64,000 nucleotides of DNA. It comes from Octopus vulgaris. Its lineage: Eukaryota. A program made the translations under genes and the position numbers. Location: the NCBI GenBank assembly GCA_951406725.2, contig OX597817.1:29822001-29886000 (forward strand), given 5' to 3'. The notes below the pieces were generated by a model. It was not told the DNA's origin, did no database searches, and saw only the letters and a program-made list of their open reading frames with translations. Every line of letters starts with the position of its first letter. The stretch's first letter is position 1. Shown here piece after piece: positions 27,455 through 40,416 of this stretch.

Positions 27455-27661
27455 TAGCTCATTTTAGTAAAGCATTATTGTTTACAGAGCTGTATCTGGG
27501 TGTTGGTGATTTATCTGGAATTTGTTGAAGATATACACCCAGGAACCATTTGAATGTTATAACATTTTTTTCTTCCCTTGCGTGTCTTGGCATGATGCTA
27601 AAGTGAGCAGGGCTTGTTGAGGTGAAATAGGTCTGTCTTATTGTTGTGATGTGATGCAACA
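27455..27661 (-). mobile_element. 5'-truncated LINE C-terminal fragment related to the 47-51 kb LINE
   Basis: HHITTIRQTYFTSTSPA..QIPDKSPTPRYSSVNNNALL aligns with HHITTIRHNYFTSIGPA..VLDKPPTPGYVSANNNSLL (47325-47654). Confidence 0.85.
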
Positions 27662-27686
27662 TAAAGACAATTTGCCAACATAATGT

Positions 27687-27890
27687 AGGTGTCCTGGATA
27701 GGATGAGTGTTACTGTTGTTTAGCCCCAGGAAACGTTTCCAGCTGGCTATACGACACAATATCTGTGTCCTTAAATTTACGAGCAGGAGAGCTCAGCACC
27801 CCTATCCAGCACAAAGCAACATGTGTACTGGTTTCTGGGTTATTGCCCTTTATCAGCACAGAGTAGCTGCTTGGCTAGACAGTGCTGCTG
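27687..27890 (-). mobile_element. Family G repeat with degenerate hammerhead (27822-27860)
   Basis: Minus strand reads tgtg CTGATAA a gggcaataaccc a GAAAC cag ta caca. Confidence 0.7.
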
Positions 27891-28559
27891 AATTCCCATT
27901 CAAAAATATATAATTTTCAAAATGACACACAGTCACTGATCTAATAAACAGAAACATTATTATTTTAAAATTTCACACATTATGTTGGCAAATAGTCTTT
28001 ACTTTAAAGTATTATTACTGAATATATCTCTTTGAGAGTTTTAGAAATAATAATGTTTCTATATATATATATTATATATATATAATTCCCTTCATACCCA
28101 TGACATCAAATAGACATCAAAAGGTTTCATAGATGTTCAAACTAAACACTAAATGAATCTCAACAAATTCCTCAGATCTACAGGCACTCTAGTTCCCACT
28201 AAACCTACAAGAAAAGAGACTTGGGTGTCTCTCTCCTAACATTTGGACATCAATCTTTAAGGTATTTTTAAAAAAGAAAACGATGATTCTGTATCCTGCT
28301 GTAATTTTTTTCCTTGTATCTGTATGTGTTTATAAGGCAGCTTTTAGCTAAAAGGAGTTTTTTTTTGTGTAAAGGTAATCGAATGTATATATCTAAGGAC
28401 TAACCAAAAATCTTATTATTCAGTTTGAATTTGGATTTCGCTGCTCATTCACTTTTAATATGTAGTGTAATTGTAGTGTAATATGTAGTGTACTTACTTC
28501 TGCGCAAAAGAGGGCAGAATAAAATGCTGTACTGTTATTATTGTATTATTATTTATTGA

Positions 28560-29716
28560 AGGTGGTGAGCTGGCAGAAACGTTAGCATGCTGGGCAAAAG
28601 GCTTAGTGGAATTTCGACTGTCTTTACATTCTGAGTTCCAATACTGCCAAGGTTGACTTCGCCTTTCATCCTTTCAAGGTCGATAAATTAAGTACCAGTT
28701 GTGTACTGATGTGGATCTAATTGACTGGCCCCCTCCCCCAAAATTTCAGGCCTTGTGCCTAGAGCAGAAGAGATTATTATTTATTGATCGAAGGTGATAA
28801 GCTGGTATACTCTTTAGCATGCAGGAGAAAATTCTCTGCAACATTTTTCTTGCTTTATGTTCTTAGTTCAAATACCACTTGGGTCAATTTTTCTTTTCAT
28901 CTTGGGATTGATAAAATACGAACCAGTTGAACATTGTGATTGATGTAATCAACTTCCTCTCCCACAAAATTGCTGGCCCTGAGTAAAAAAACTAGGAAGA
29001 ATTACTGTTATTAATATTCTTTTCTACTCTAGACACAAGGGCCGAATTTAGGAGGAGGGGAGTTCAGTCAATTAGATCAACCCCAGTTCACAACTTGTAC
29101 TTAATTTATCGACCCCAAAAGGATGAAAGGCAAAGTCAACCTTGGCAGAATTTGAACTCAGAACGTAAAGACAGACAAAATAGTGCTCAGCATTTCACCT
29201 AGCCTGCTAACATTTCTGCCAACTCAATGCCTTTAAAAAGACTGGTTAGTAAGAATCTTTCCTACTCTAGGCATAAGGCCCCAAATTTTTTGGTTGGCAG
29301 GGCAGTCTATTAGATCGACCTCAGTACACATCTGGTACTCAATTTATTGACCCTGGAAGGATGAAAGACAAAGTTGACCTCAGTGGAATTTGAACTCAGA
29401 ACGTAAAGACAGACGAAATTCCACTTAGCAATTCACCCGGTGTGCTAACGTTTCTACCAGCTTGTTGCCTTATTACTGTTATAAATACTGTTATATAAGC
29501 TGGTGAGATGACAGAATTGTCCACATACCAGACAAAATGCTTAGTGATATTTTTTCCATCTTTATGTTCTGAGTTACAATTCTGCAGGGACTAACCTTGT
29601 CTCTTATCATTTTTGGGTAGATAAAACAAGTACCAGTTAAGCACTGGGGTTTATCTAATCAATTAGACCCCCCCTCCCTCAAAACTTCAGGCCTTATACA
29701 AGTAGTAGAATGAATT
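28560..29716. mobile_element. Cluster of five SINE A copies, orientation + + - - +
   Basis: 28560-28773 (+), 28792-29003 (+), 29017-29232 (-), 29255-29471 (-), 29499-29716 (+); each has the gagttcaaatt / ctttcatc / agtaccag core or a decayed form of it. Confidence 0.88.
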
Positions 29717-30013
29717 ATCATTTATTGATCTGATCAGCCTTATATGGTTAGTTTTCTATTAGTATCTGTAACCTTGATCACACTGGACTTAAAACATGGT
29801 CACTGCTTTAGTTTGAGGACAAAAATATGGCTGCTACTTTGAGTGTATTGAATGATTATAGAGAACATTAAATGCATAGAGCTCTTAATGTATACTGCAA
29901 TCTGTATTATTGTGTATCTCATAATAACTATACTCATTATAACTATAATAGTTCAAACAAGTGCTTCAGGGCAGAAACTGGTGTAAATCTTAAGGCTTGG
30001 TTATAATTTTTAA

Positions 30014-30575
30014 CACTTTAGCATTCAGATTGTTCTGTCAAATGTATTACATATTTATTCACATTGTTTTGAATTAAGCATGCATTATCTTATGGCTATG
30101 AAGGTGCATGGCTCAGTGATTAGAGCATTGGGCTCACAATCATGAGGTACTGAGTTTGATTCCTGGATCAGGCTGTGGGTTGTGTTCTTGAGCAAGACAC
30201 TTTATTTCACATTGATCCACTTCACTCAGCTGTAGAAATGATTTGCTACATCACTGGTACCAAGCTGTATCGGCCTTTACCTTTCCCTTGGATAATATTG
30301 GTGACATGGAGAGGGGAGGCTGGTGTGCATGAGTGACTGCTGGTCTTCCATAAACAACCTTGCCTGGACTTGCGCCTCAGAGGGGAATTTTGTCGGTGCA
30401 ATCCCATGCTCTTTCCTAACTGAGTGGGGTCTTCTCTCTTTATCTTATGGCATCAAGATTTAACTTTGTAAGCATGACATTTTAGGGTAGGTGTGAGATC
30501 TTGGATCTGGCCATTTTGAACATAAAAGTGGGTAGAATATCTGAGCTAGATATGGCCAGTTTAAATGCTAAAGGG
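30014..30575. mobile_element. piggyBac-like MITE containing a SINE D variant (30097-30439, +)
   Basis: TTAA-cactttagcatt ... aatgctaaaggg-ttca termini; SINE TSD ttatcttatggc at 30085-30096 and 30440-30451. Confidence 0.75.
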
Positions 30576-30751
30576 TTCAACTGCTTTACAGTAAAATGTT
30601 CTTGACAATATAAAACCATAATCTGTGTCAATGTAGGTATTTCCACCTACACACCCTTTTTATTCACCTTTCATTTTCTCAAGACAAAATCTGTTTCATA
30701 CAGCTAAAAGAATTTAAGAAATTAAATATTTACCATAATTCAGCATGTATA

Positions 30752-31168
30752 TATTTCTTTACTGCCCACAAGGGGCTAAACATAGAGAGGACATAAAAAG
30801 ACAGACAAAGGGATTAAGTCGATTACATTGACCCCAGTGCATAACTGGTACTTTATTTATCGACCCCAAAAGGATGAAAGGCAAATCAACCTTGGTGGAA
30901 TTTGAACTCAGAATGTAACAGCAGATGAATACCTATTTCTTTACTATCCACAAGGGGCTACACACAGAGAGGACAAACAAGGACAGACAAATGGATTAAG
31001 TTGATTATATCGATCCCAATGCATAAATGGTACTTATTTAATCGATCCTGAAAGGATGAAAGGCAAAGTTGACCTCGGCGGAATTTGAACTTACAACGTA
31101 GTGGCAGACGAAATACCGCTAAGCATTTCGCCCAGCGTGCTAACGTTTCTGTCAGCTTGCCACCTTAA
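30752..31168 (-). mobile_element. SINE family A, dimeric copy
   Basis: Two units inside one perfect 17-bp TSD ataattcagcatgtata (30735-30751, 31169-31185). Confidence 0.93.
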
Positions 31169-31185
31169 ATAATTCAGCATGTATA

Positions 31186-31662
31186 GGCACAAAGATGGTT
31201 GTGTGGTAAGATGTTTACTTCCTAACCACATGATTTTGGGTTCAGTCCCACTGCATGACACCTTAGGCAAGTGTCTTCTACAATAGCCTCAAACCAACCA
31301 AGTCCTTATGGGAGCATTTGCAGATGGAAAATAAAAGATGCCTGTCGAATGTGTGTGTGCATGTGTATCAGAGAGAGAAACTGTGTGCGTATGTGTGTGA
31401 GTGTATGTGTGTATGTGTCTGCGTGTGTGTGTGCGCAAGTCTGTGCACACCCGTGTCTGTAACTGTTCCCCCCCCCATGCTTAACAACCAGTGTTAGTGT
31501 GTTTACATCCCCATAACTTAGCAGTTCAGCAAAAGGTACTGATAGAATAAGTACCAGGATTAGAAAATAAAAGTATTGGGATCGATTTGTTTAATCAAAA
31601 TTCTTCCAGGTAGTGCCCCAGCATGGTCGCAGCCTAATAAGTGAAAGAAGTAAAAGATAAAC
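31186..31662 (+). mobile_element. SINE family B (diverged)
   Basis: Head tgtgtggtaag..ggttcagtccc, (GT)n middle, tail gaagtaaaagataa. Confidence 0.8.
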
Positions 31663-32387
31663 GATAATTTATGAGGACATTTGTAAATATTTCAGAATGC
31701 TTCAAACAGCTGGAAAAGCAATTTTACATTGAACTGCTTTAATTATTTTACAATTAATATATGGTCTCTTATATAAACAGAACTTCATAGAATAGGTATT
31801 AAAACAAAATTATAAACGTATTCTGTCATTTGACACTACAGAGTTATTTTAATAGATATATTTTACCTTGTTAGAATAAAGTACATTTCAAAATATAGCT
31901 TTCCTAATAATGAAATTCAATGCCTATAGCAAACTTTGAGTGCATTATGAATGGTTTACAAATTCTTCACATTGATAATCACCAGCTAATGCAAATGTTT
32001 ATCTTTTACAAATTTTCAAATGATGAAATGACTGAATTAAACAAATATAAATGTTATCAATGAATTAAGCATTATCAAAATAAATCTATATCCAGCAAAA
32101 TTTTAGATATATAGATATAGATCAATATATCTAGATATATAAAAAGGTTCTGGATCTGCTACAGGTCTTTCAATGTTTATTTAAAATACACTATTTCCAG
32201 TAAATCTTGTACATATGATCACTTATATGCAGATCTATACAGCTGTACTACTATTTGTTATGAAAAGTAACATGGACTATTTAGTTATAATAGTACCACC
32301 ATAAACTTTTCCATACAGTCTACCTTGGGAGAAATCAGGTAAGCTAAATGCATATTTTGACATATAGTTAAGTATGTGTGTATATGT

Positions 32388-32845
32388 GGAGGCACGTGGC
32401 TTAGTGGTTAGGGTGTCAGCACCATGATCGTAAGATTGTGGTTTCAATTCCTGGACTGGGTGACACGTTGTGTTCTTGATCAAAACACTTCATTTCTCAT
32501 TGCTCCAGTCCACTCAGGTGGCAAAAATGAGTAATACTGCGATGGACTGGCGTCCCGTCCAGCTGGGGAAAGATACACCATAGAAACCGGGAAACCAGGC
32601 TTTAAAGGGGCGCATTTATTTTTATTTGTGTGTGTATACATTGCTGGTGTCACGTAAAAATCACTTGTGCTGGTGCCATGTAAAAGCACCTGGCAGACTC
32701 TGTAAAGTGGTTGGCATTAGGAAGGGCATCAAGCTGTAGAAACCATGCAAACTCAGACTGGAGCCTGGTGCAGCTTTCCAGCTTGCCAGCTCTAGTTAAA
32801 CTGTCCAACCCATGCCAGCATGGACAATAGACATTAAATGATGAT
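32388..32845 (+). mobile_element. SINE D short-tail copy (32388-32627) followed by a family C copy (32645-32845)
   Basis: A/B boxes and D core, then tggttggcattaggaagggcatc...acattaaatgatgat. Confidence 0.88.
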
Positions 32846-33289
32846 ATGTACGTGTATCTGTGTGTGTGTTTGTTTGATTTCATCTTTAATTCACGTTCTC
32901 TTGTTTGTAAGCAATGGCTTCCTGGCAATATTATTTGCTTGTGGTCCATGACAAAAGCATGTCTTGATATGTTGCATTATCTTTGTAAACAAAAGGCGCT
33001 TTCATATGTTGTCGTTTGTTTTCAGTTTTCTGTGTAAACATTTCTAGCAGTTTGTTGTTTGACAGAATGGGAACTCATTATGCTATTGGGAAACTAGTGG
33101 GAGTTGGTACATGTAGGACATCTGGCTGCAGAAAATTCTGATCTGGCCCAACATACTTTAATCTACCCTATGCAAGCATGGAAAAGTAGGCATTAAAATA
33201 ATGATAATCTTGATGAAGACAATAAAATACTTGCTTTTGTTTACTTTTATGAGAACCAGTCAGTAGTGTCGATTTATGCTCTCTTTATA

Positions 33290-33521
33290 AGGTGGCGAGC
33301 TGGCAGAAACGTTAGCGAGCCAGGCGAAATTCTTAACGGTATTTCGTCTGCCATTACATTCTGAGTTCAAATTCCACCAAGGTCGACTTTGCCTTTCATC
33401 TTTTTGGGGTCGATAAATAAAGTACCAGTTACGCACTGGGGTCAATGTAATCGACTTAATCCCTTTGTCTGTCCTTGTTTGTCCCCTCTGTGTTTAGCCC
33501 CTTGTGGGTAATAAAGAAATA
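33290..33521 (+). mobile_element. SINE family A
   Basis: Near-consensus monomer. Confidence 0.92.
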
Positions 33522-34924
33522 TATTGCTATCTATATTAAACTGTTGAGAGTTTAATCATCTGTTTAATCATCTGTTTATAATGACTCCAAAATATGTTAA
33601 TTTCCAAGAGATAATCGTAAGTACCAGTTGCATGCTGGGAGTAATCCAACTGACTTAAATTTCAGACCCCCCCCAAAAAAAAATTTCAGGCCTTGTCCCT
33701 AGAATAGAAAAGATTATGTGCAGGTAAATATATTTAGAAGAGGGGTGTAAGTTGACTGAATTCCTCATAGCATAAATGCATTTCTTGTATTCTAGATCAT
33801 GGAAAGGCTGAAGTTAATGCTAGTTGAATATTATGACAGAAATGTCTGGTAGAGAACTATAAGATATAAATGAAATAAGTATTTGCACAGAATTTTATTG
33901 ATTCTGTCATGGCTAACATATTTGAACTAACAAAACAAGCAATTGAAGAAACCTTTGTTCAGTCAGTTGATCAGGAAGAAAGAACAGCTAAAATTCCCAA
34001 ACCATATCATATTGGCCACTTTAAAATAGAAGGACACGTGAGAAAATGTAATCCTAGATATATAAAAAAAAACCGAAGTGATTGTGGTTGGTTATGGTCG
34101 GAACACCTTTGATCATAGGTCTATTGACCCAAGACTGACCTAGCCTGGGGCTAAATAACACTAGCAGCAACTCTCCAACTGAAAATAATATAAAATGTTT
34201 GGAAATAAATTTTCAGAAATATAATTAAATATTCCGCAAATATTAGTCTTCAACATTTTAAAACTTATTGATATTACATTAGATATCGATAACAATAACA
34301 TTAACATGTAGTAAAAGTGATTTTTAAAAAATATTTAGATTTATCACTTTTTCAATGTATTCACTTTTAACAATTTATGCCAACTGATAAAATTACTAAA
34401 TTAGTTTCACCTACATTTTGTTAGACATAGTATTCAGTATTTAAAATCAAATAAGCAAGAATTGTCCTTTCTTGATAAATCACAAGAATAAACTATTAGA
34501 AGAATATTTTCCCTCTCTTTAATTTTCTATGTTAGAATTCAAGGAATTTGACTTTTGTTGCTTGTAAATAAATTTATATTTCATCGAAAGTTTTGAATTA
34601 TATCGAAAGAAGAAAAGAATCAAAGTGCATAGCTTTAAAATTTCATGATAGTGCTTATGACAATCTTATCAAAGTCTCAGTTAAAATGAGAAATTGTCAG
34701 TATTTTTGTACATTTCTTAGAAATAATTGATTATTTAGTTGATTAAATAGTTTGTTAAAAGACTTGTTTAGCCTCATGAAATATAATTATCATGTTATCT
34801 TCAAAATAAAACTTGAATATAAAAAAATATAAAAGATGAATACATGATATTGTTCTATGGTTGTACCAACTATCTCCAGTTTAGTGACATTTAGTTGGAG
34901 ACAACAGATAGTTTATATATTTCT

Positions 34925-35473
34925 TTGCCCAGGATATTAATCATCTGGAAACCGTTCAGCAACGTGCAACCAAGAGAATACCCTCCATCAGGCATTTGCC
35001 ATATTCTGAATGCCTTACTTACCTGGGCATGGACACATTGAAACTCCAACGTCTGGCAGCTGACTTGGTAGACACCCATAGAATTATTAACCATCTTACA
35101 AACAATAACTTTGAGCACCTTTTCAAACTCCACCTGTCTAACACCCATGGACATGTTTACAAAGTCAGAAAACAGCACAGCTCCCATGACTTTCAGAAAC
35201 ATTTTTTCATGCTAAGAGTTGCTGAAGCATGGAGCAAAATGCCAGCAGCAGTTGTTAGTTGTCGGAGTGCTGCATCCTTCAAAACTTCCATGCTTCCTGA
35301 GATTCGCCAACACTACACCTGATTTTCTCCCCTCCATACACACACATGCATGTATCTGACTCATACACTGTTCCCTTCCCAGACATTTGTGCATTACTAC
35401 ATATGCTTTATATGCACTTTTGTCAAGTTGTGGTGCACCTGAGCACTGTATACAATAATTTCATTATATTATT
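34925..35473 (+). mobile_element. 5'-truncated CR1-like LINE (ORF2 C-terminus and 3' UTR)
   Basis: LETVQQRATKRIP..LPYSECL..TLKLQRLAADL..THGH..KHFFMLRVAEAWSKMP matches the typical CR1 ORF2 C-terminal pattern. Confidence 0.9.
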
Positions 35474-35692
35474 ATACAGGTAAAGTCCTTAAATTTATAA
35501 GGATGAGACACAGATAAAAGTCAATATGTAAATATTTCTATAAGGCATTGAAACTATGATGAAAATCACCCTAACTATGTAAGTTTGCCTTATTCCCAAA
35601 GTTTTTAGAACTTTAAAGTGTAATCAATGGTTTACACCAGTATTTTATAATCATCTCAAAAACGTTTAGAATGAAATTGAAAATATAAATAG

Positions 35693-35890
35693 GGCACTGG
35701 TTCCATGTAAAAGGCACTGGTGTGAGTGCCACATAAAAAGCACCCAGTACACTCTGTAAAGTGGTTGGCATTAGGAAGGGCATCCAGCTTTAGAAATCAA
35801 GCCAAAACGGACTTTGGAACACAGTGTCGGTTTTTGTCAAGCTATCTAACCCATGCCAGCATGGAAAACAGATGTTAAATGATGATGATG
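35693..35890 (+). mobile_element. Family C copy
   Basis: tggttggcattaggaagggcatccagc...gttaaat(gat)n. Confidence 0.85.
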
Positions 35891-38310
35891 AAATACTGAA
35901 CAAGAATTAGTCTTAATACTAAACAATGAGTCATGCATTTCTGCATTCATCTTATGTATTGTGTCTCTCACTTGTATGTAAAGAAGTGAAAGAATCTATG
36001 CAAATATTTTTATAAAAGTGAATTAAGTTAGTCACTGAAAATAATTTTTATGTCCAGAGCCTGAAATCTAGCAAATAGATACAATGGCAGGATATTAAAC
36101 AGTTGTTAGGTGATTGTTACTATTTGTCAGATGGAAAATATTAGTAGAATAGCCATTTGAAGTTTGTAAATTAACAATTCTTTGGATGAAGGAGAGCAGT
36201 ATAAACATGTTTCAGGATGTTCCTCCGTTTGATGAATGGATGAAGAAAGGTGCAGGAAATTGAAAGTACCTTTTCTTTCTGAATTAAAATCTCATCAATT
36301 TTTTAAAGTATTTCTTAAAGAGTATTGTTGGAATGGAGAAAGAATTTCCTGCCTTCGTGAAAAGCTGAATATGTGGCAGTTATGGTGTGGGTGAACAGGT
36401 CAAGTTTTCATTTCTTTCCTGTAGGATGATATAAGGAGAATATTTGCCCAAAGCTAAAGATGACAAGGTATTTTAGATGCATTGTGCCTTCTTGAGTGGC
36501 TATCACCTTCTCTTTCCATTTCTCTGAATTTTATTATTTCACACTTCTCTGCATATAATATCACACAACATCTCTCTTTTAGTTTTGATTGGTTTGCATT
36601 GTAATGCCTCTTTATTATCTTAATTACAAAAGAATTAGCATTCAGCATTTAGTGTTGGCCCTCAACATTCTAAGTACAAATCTCACTGAAGAAATTTTTT
36701 TCTTTTTTTATTTCTTTCCAGATGATCAATCAAGTACCAGTCAAACCTATTAAAACTGACTACAGTCTTCCCTCCAAGGGTATGGCCTATGGTCAGAATA
36801 AGAAATCACTGATATTATTATTACTAATAATACTTGAACAAGAAATTTGCAGAATCAATACAAGGCTGGAAAAAGTCCTGTAAAATATTTAGCTACATTC
36901 CTTTAAATTATGAGTTCAGTTTATACTGGGGTCATCTTTATTTTCCATATTTTGGGGTCAGAAGCAAATGCGATAAAATTCTGAACCAGTTCAGAAAATT
37001 CCTACGCCAATAAGTTAATTTTTGCTAATATTAAAAATTATTAATATAATTCTTATTGTATTGAGTGCCAGAAAATGTAAATATCTTTTAGACAAACCAA
37101 GACTGTAGCAGAATTTCAGTTCTAAGCTATAATCATTTCATTTTGCTAATATTTCTAACAGTCATCCATGCCCCACTCATGCATATTATACAATTTGATT
37201 TATAATTTAAATCTGTGGCTTTGTGCTCCTATGTAACTAGTCATCATTCTCCTCTTTTCTTTGCATAAATGAATTCAGGATATTTTTTCATCTCATTCCA
37301 TAAATATCTCTTTTCTTCACCTGACTCTCAGCTATCTTACCATTTGGTAATATTCTCTACTTAAAATTTCTAACCAATTTTCTGCATGAAGAATTTTGTT
37401 AGAATCAGTTTTATATCAATTGGTCTTAGACTTGATATAATCAGGTACTTAAGCCTAAGTTTCATTTCTTTAATTAAAAAATATTTTAGTTTTTGTATTT
37501 TATTCTTTAGTTCAGAACTGGCTGTGGTTTCATTATTTCATTAACTCATTCATTTCTTCCATTCTTTTGTTTTAGATGTTTTCTTCAACAGTCAATTAAT
37601 GCATTATTTTTCAATTATCTCATTAGCTTACTGCTGATCAAAGACCATTTGAAAATATTATGCTTTTAGATCTGATGCACTTCATTGCACAAGCATACAC
37701 TCAATAACAGTTAATAAAGAAAAGGAAAATGTTGAAATTATCAATGCTTTCTCTTCAATCTTTAGAAACTTCTCAAATTCAAATTTATTTTGGAATTTCT
37801 GGTATTTATTTTATTTGTTTTGTTTATAGAATCTTGATAGTTACCTCATTTCCTATGATTTATTCAAGCATTCATATATGCCAGCCACAAATTCCAAACT
37901 CTAGCAGCTCATTACTTTCCTCTGAGGCAACATGCTATTATATGAATCAAATATAATGCCAGCCATAAGAAAGATTATCCTGATAAATATATACAAACTC
38001 TCTGGTATTAGATAAAACTTGAATGCATCTACATCTGATAAATGGGATATTGACAATACATTCTAATTAATAACTATTCATATTATTTATGATTAAGTTA
38101 GCTTCTTCAAGTTGTTGTGTAAATACTTGGTTCAGAGTTCAAAGCAACTGTAGGTGCTTTGCTGTCCCAAGGTAAAATCCTCTCTTCAAAATCCTCATCT
38201 AAGTTTACCAAGGTTACCCTTAATCTGCTGTGTGTATATCTAAGGACCAGTATGTACTCGGACTATGAAATATAATTAAAGACTTTTCAGAGAATAACAA
38301 TACAATATAT

Positions 38311-38548
38311 ACTCTTTCTCTCTTTTACCCTTTTACTTGTTTCAGTCATTTGACTGTGGCCAAGCTGGAGCACCGCCTTTAGTTGAGGAAATCGACCCCA
38401 GGACTTCTTCTTTGTAAGCTTAGTACTTATTCTATCGGTTTTTTTTGCCAAACCACTAAGTTACGGGGACGTAAACACACCAGCATCGGTTGTCAAGCGA
38501 TGTTAGTGGGACGAACACAGACACACAAACACACACACACACACACAC

Positions 38549-38601
<53 letters not shown>

Positions 38602-38718
38602 CAATGGGCTTCTTTCAGTTTCCATCTCCCAAATACACTCACAGGGCTTTGGTTGGCCTGAGACTATAGTAGAAGACACTTGCTCAAGATGCCATGCAGT
38701 GGGAATCAAGCCGGAACA
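38311..38718 (-). mobile_element. SINE family B
   Basis: Matches the B consensus; 5'-truncated. Confidence 0.88.
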
Positions 38719-38912
38719 TTACAGGGGGTTGTCAGGTTGAAAACAAGTCTAAAGAGTTCTTTTGCCCTACATCATTTTTGCTTGTTGCCAGCCACTTACT
38801 TCACAGTGTTTTGAGTTCTTTTTCATCATGGCACCAACATTAATGAGGTTATCTTTTACTCTGGAAGCCTGAAGAGTCTTTAGAACTCTATGATGTACTC
38901 ATTTACTCAATA

Positions 38913-39080
38913 GGCGCAGGAGTGGTTGTGTGCTAAGTAGCTTGCTTACCAAACACATGGTTCCAATCTTGTGGCAAAGATCAAGAAGATGTTTCGAGAT
39001 CTTCCAAATGCATGTGCCAGGTTCTGGAGCTGTCTTGAGACTGTGGAGGGAGCTGAGGATAGCTACTTTGAGTAAACAGC
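38913..39080 (+). mobile_element. SINE B head (38913-38964) fused to a mariner-type transposase C-terminal fragment
   Basis: LVAKIKKMFRDLPNACARFWSCLETVEGAEDSYFE* resembles the ACxxFxxRLEAVVxAxGGYFE terminus of Tc1/mariner transposases. Confidence 0.65.
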
Positions 39081-39589
39081 CATAATCTAGTTGATATTTT
39101 TTGATTTTTTAAAATACTTTATTTTTCGATGACATAGTGTTTTCTTTTCCTTTGATGCAAATTGTCAAATTTAGCCCAAGCTTCTTGTACACACAAACAC
39201 TCATACATATGTACACATATACTCATACTCAAACACACATGCATACTTTTATATACTCTTATGTAAGCTTTGTACTTGGTACAACAAACTTGGATTAATA
39301 TATTGTTTGTGTTTGTATGATTATGGATGTTTCTTAGAACAGTTTCATTCTCCCAGACACTCATTCGCATTGAAAATTTCAGCATATGTTAAAGAAACTC
39401 ATCTCTGTTTCCTATTTTCCTAAGCTTGTAAATAATATATTTATGAAAATATTCTCAGTGACATGAATTTTTTTTTAATGGCAAGCCCTACTATTTTATA
39501 AGCCTGTAACTCCATACAATGTTAAGCACTCTAAATACATAAAATGAGGATTTATTTCAAGCATATATGTGAATATTCACTTTGTATTG

Positions 39590-39965
39590 ACGCAACTGAA
39601 GACGGGAAGCAGTGAGAAGTCTGCAAGAGGTCCTTATAGAATAGTTCTTTTGCTCCTTTGTCAACCATGATTGTGGTGCCTAGGCTTAGATTAATCTCCT
39701 ACAGGTATGTTTCCCCATAACTAGTTATGGCTGATTATTCTGTCAAACAATCTCTGTCTACCTCAGTTGCTTCAGTTATCTATTTCTTTGCCAACAATAT
39801 GTCTATTCTTTGCCCACATCAGTCATGTTAACCATTCAGAAGAACTTGTATGTATGTTTCTTTACTGTGATGAATCTAAGACTATCATCCATTAAACTTC
39901 TTACACGTAGCACACATCTATTCACCTCTGCACTAACATCTCTACAATCTCAAAAGACAAAATTT
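39590..39965 (-). mobile_element. RTE-type LINE endonuclease remnant
   Basis: Minus strand gives IVEML..IDVCYV*EV*W, ILLAKK..DRII and I*A*APQSWLTKEQK..FYKDLLQ. Confidence 0.7.
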
Positions 39966-40416
39966 TCATCATAACAATTTTGTTGATATTATGAACGATT
40001 AACATTTTTAAGTTTCTTTTAAAAGCTAAAGTACGTTTCTAATTAAACATAATCTGATAAACTGTAAGAGATATGACATAGATAGCAATACTCATTAGAC
40101 TTCAGTAACAATTAATGTTTCAGCTTTAAGTCTGGCGATATCCAAACAAAATTACTCTCCAGGCTTTAATTTTTTACATTAATTTCTGCCAATTATCTGT
40201 AGTGATCAGAATAATCATTAGCCTCCAGGTAGTTAAAGTCTCAACAATAAAAAACAAAACACAAACAAATGAGCCAAATTTTAGGAAAGATTGCCTAATA
40301 TGCCATCTAATTAACAAAAAGTTTTAAATATTTAACTCTATGTCAAATATGCCATATTCTCTGACATATTAGTTATCTGGTTACCCTTCTGTATTCCACA
40401 TTAAATTATCATACAT

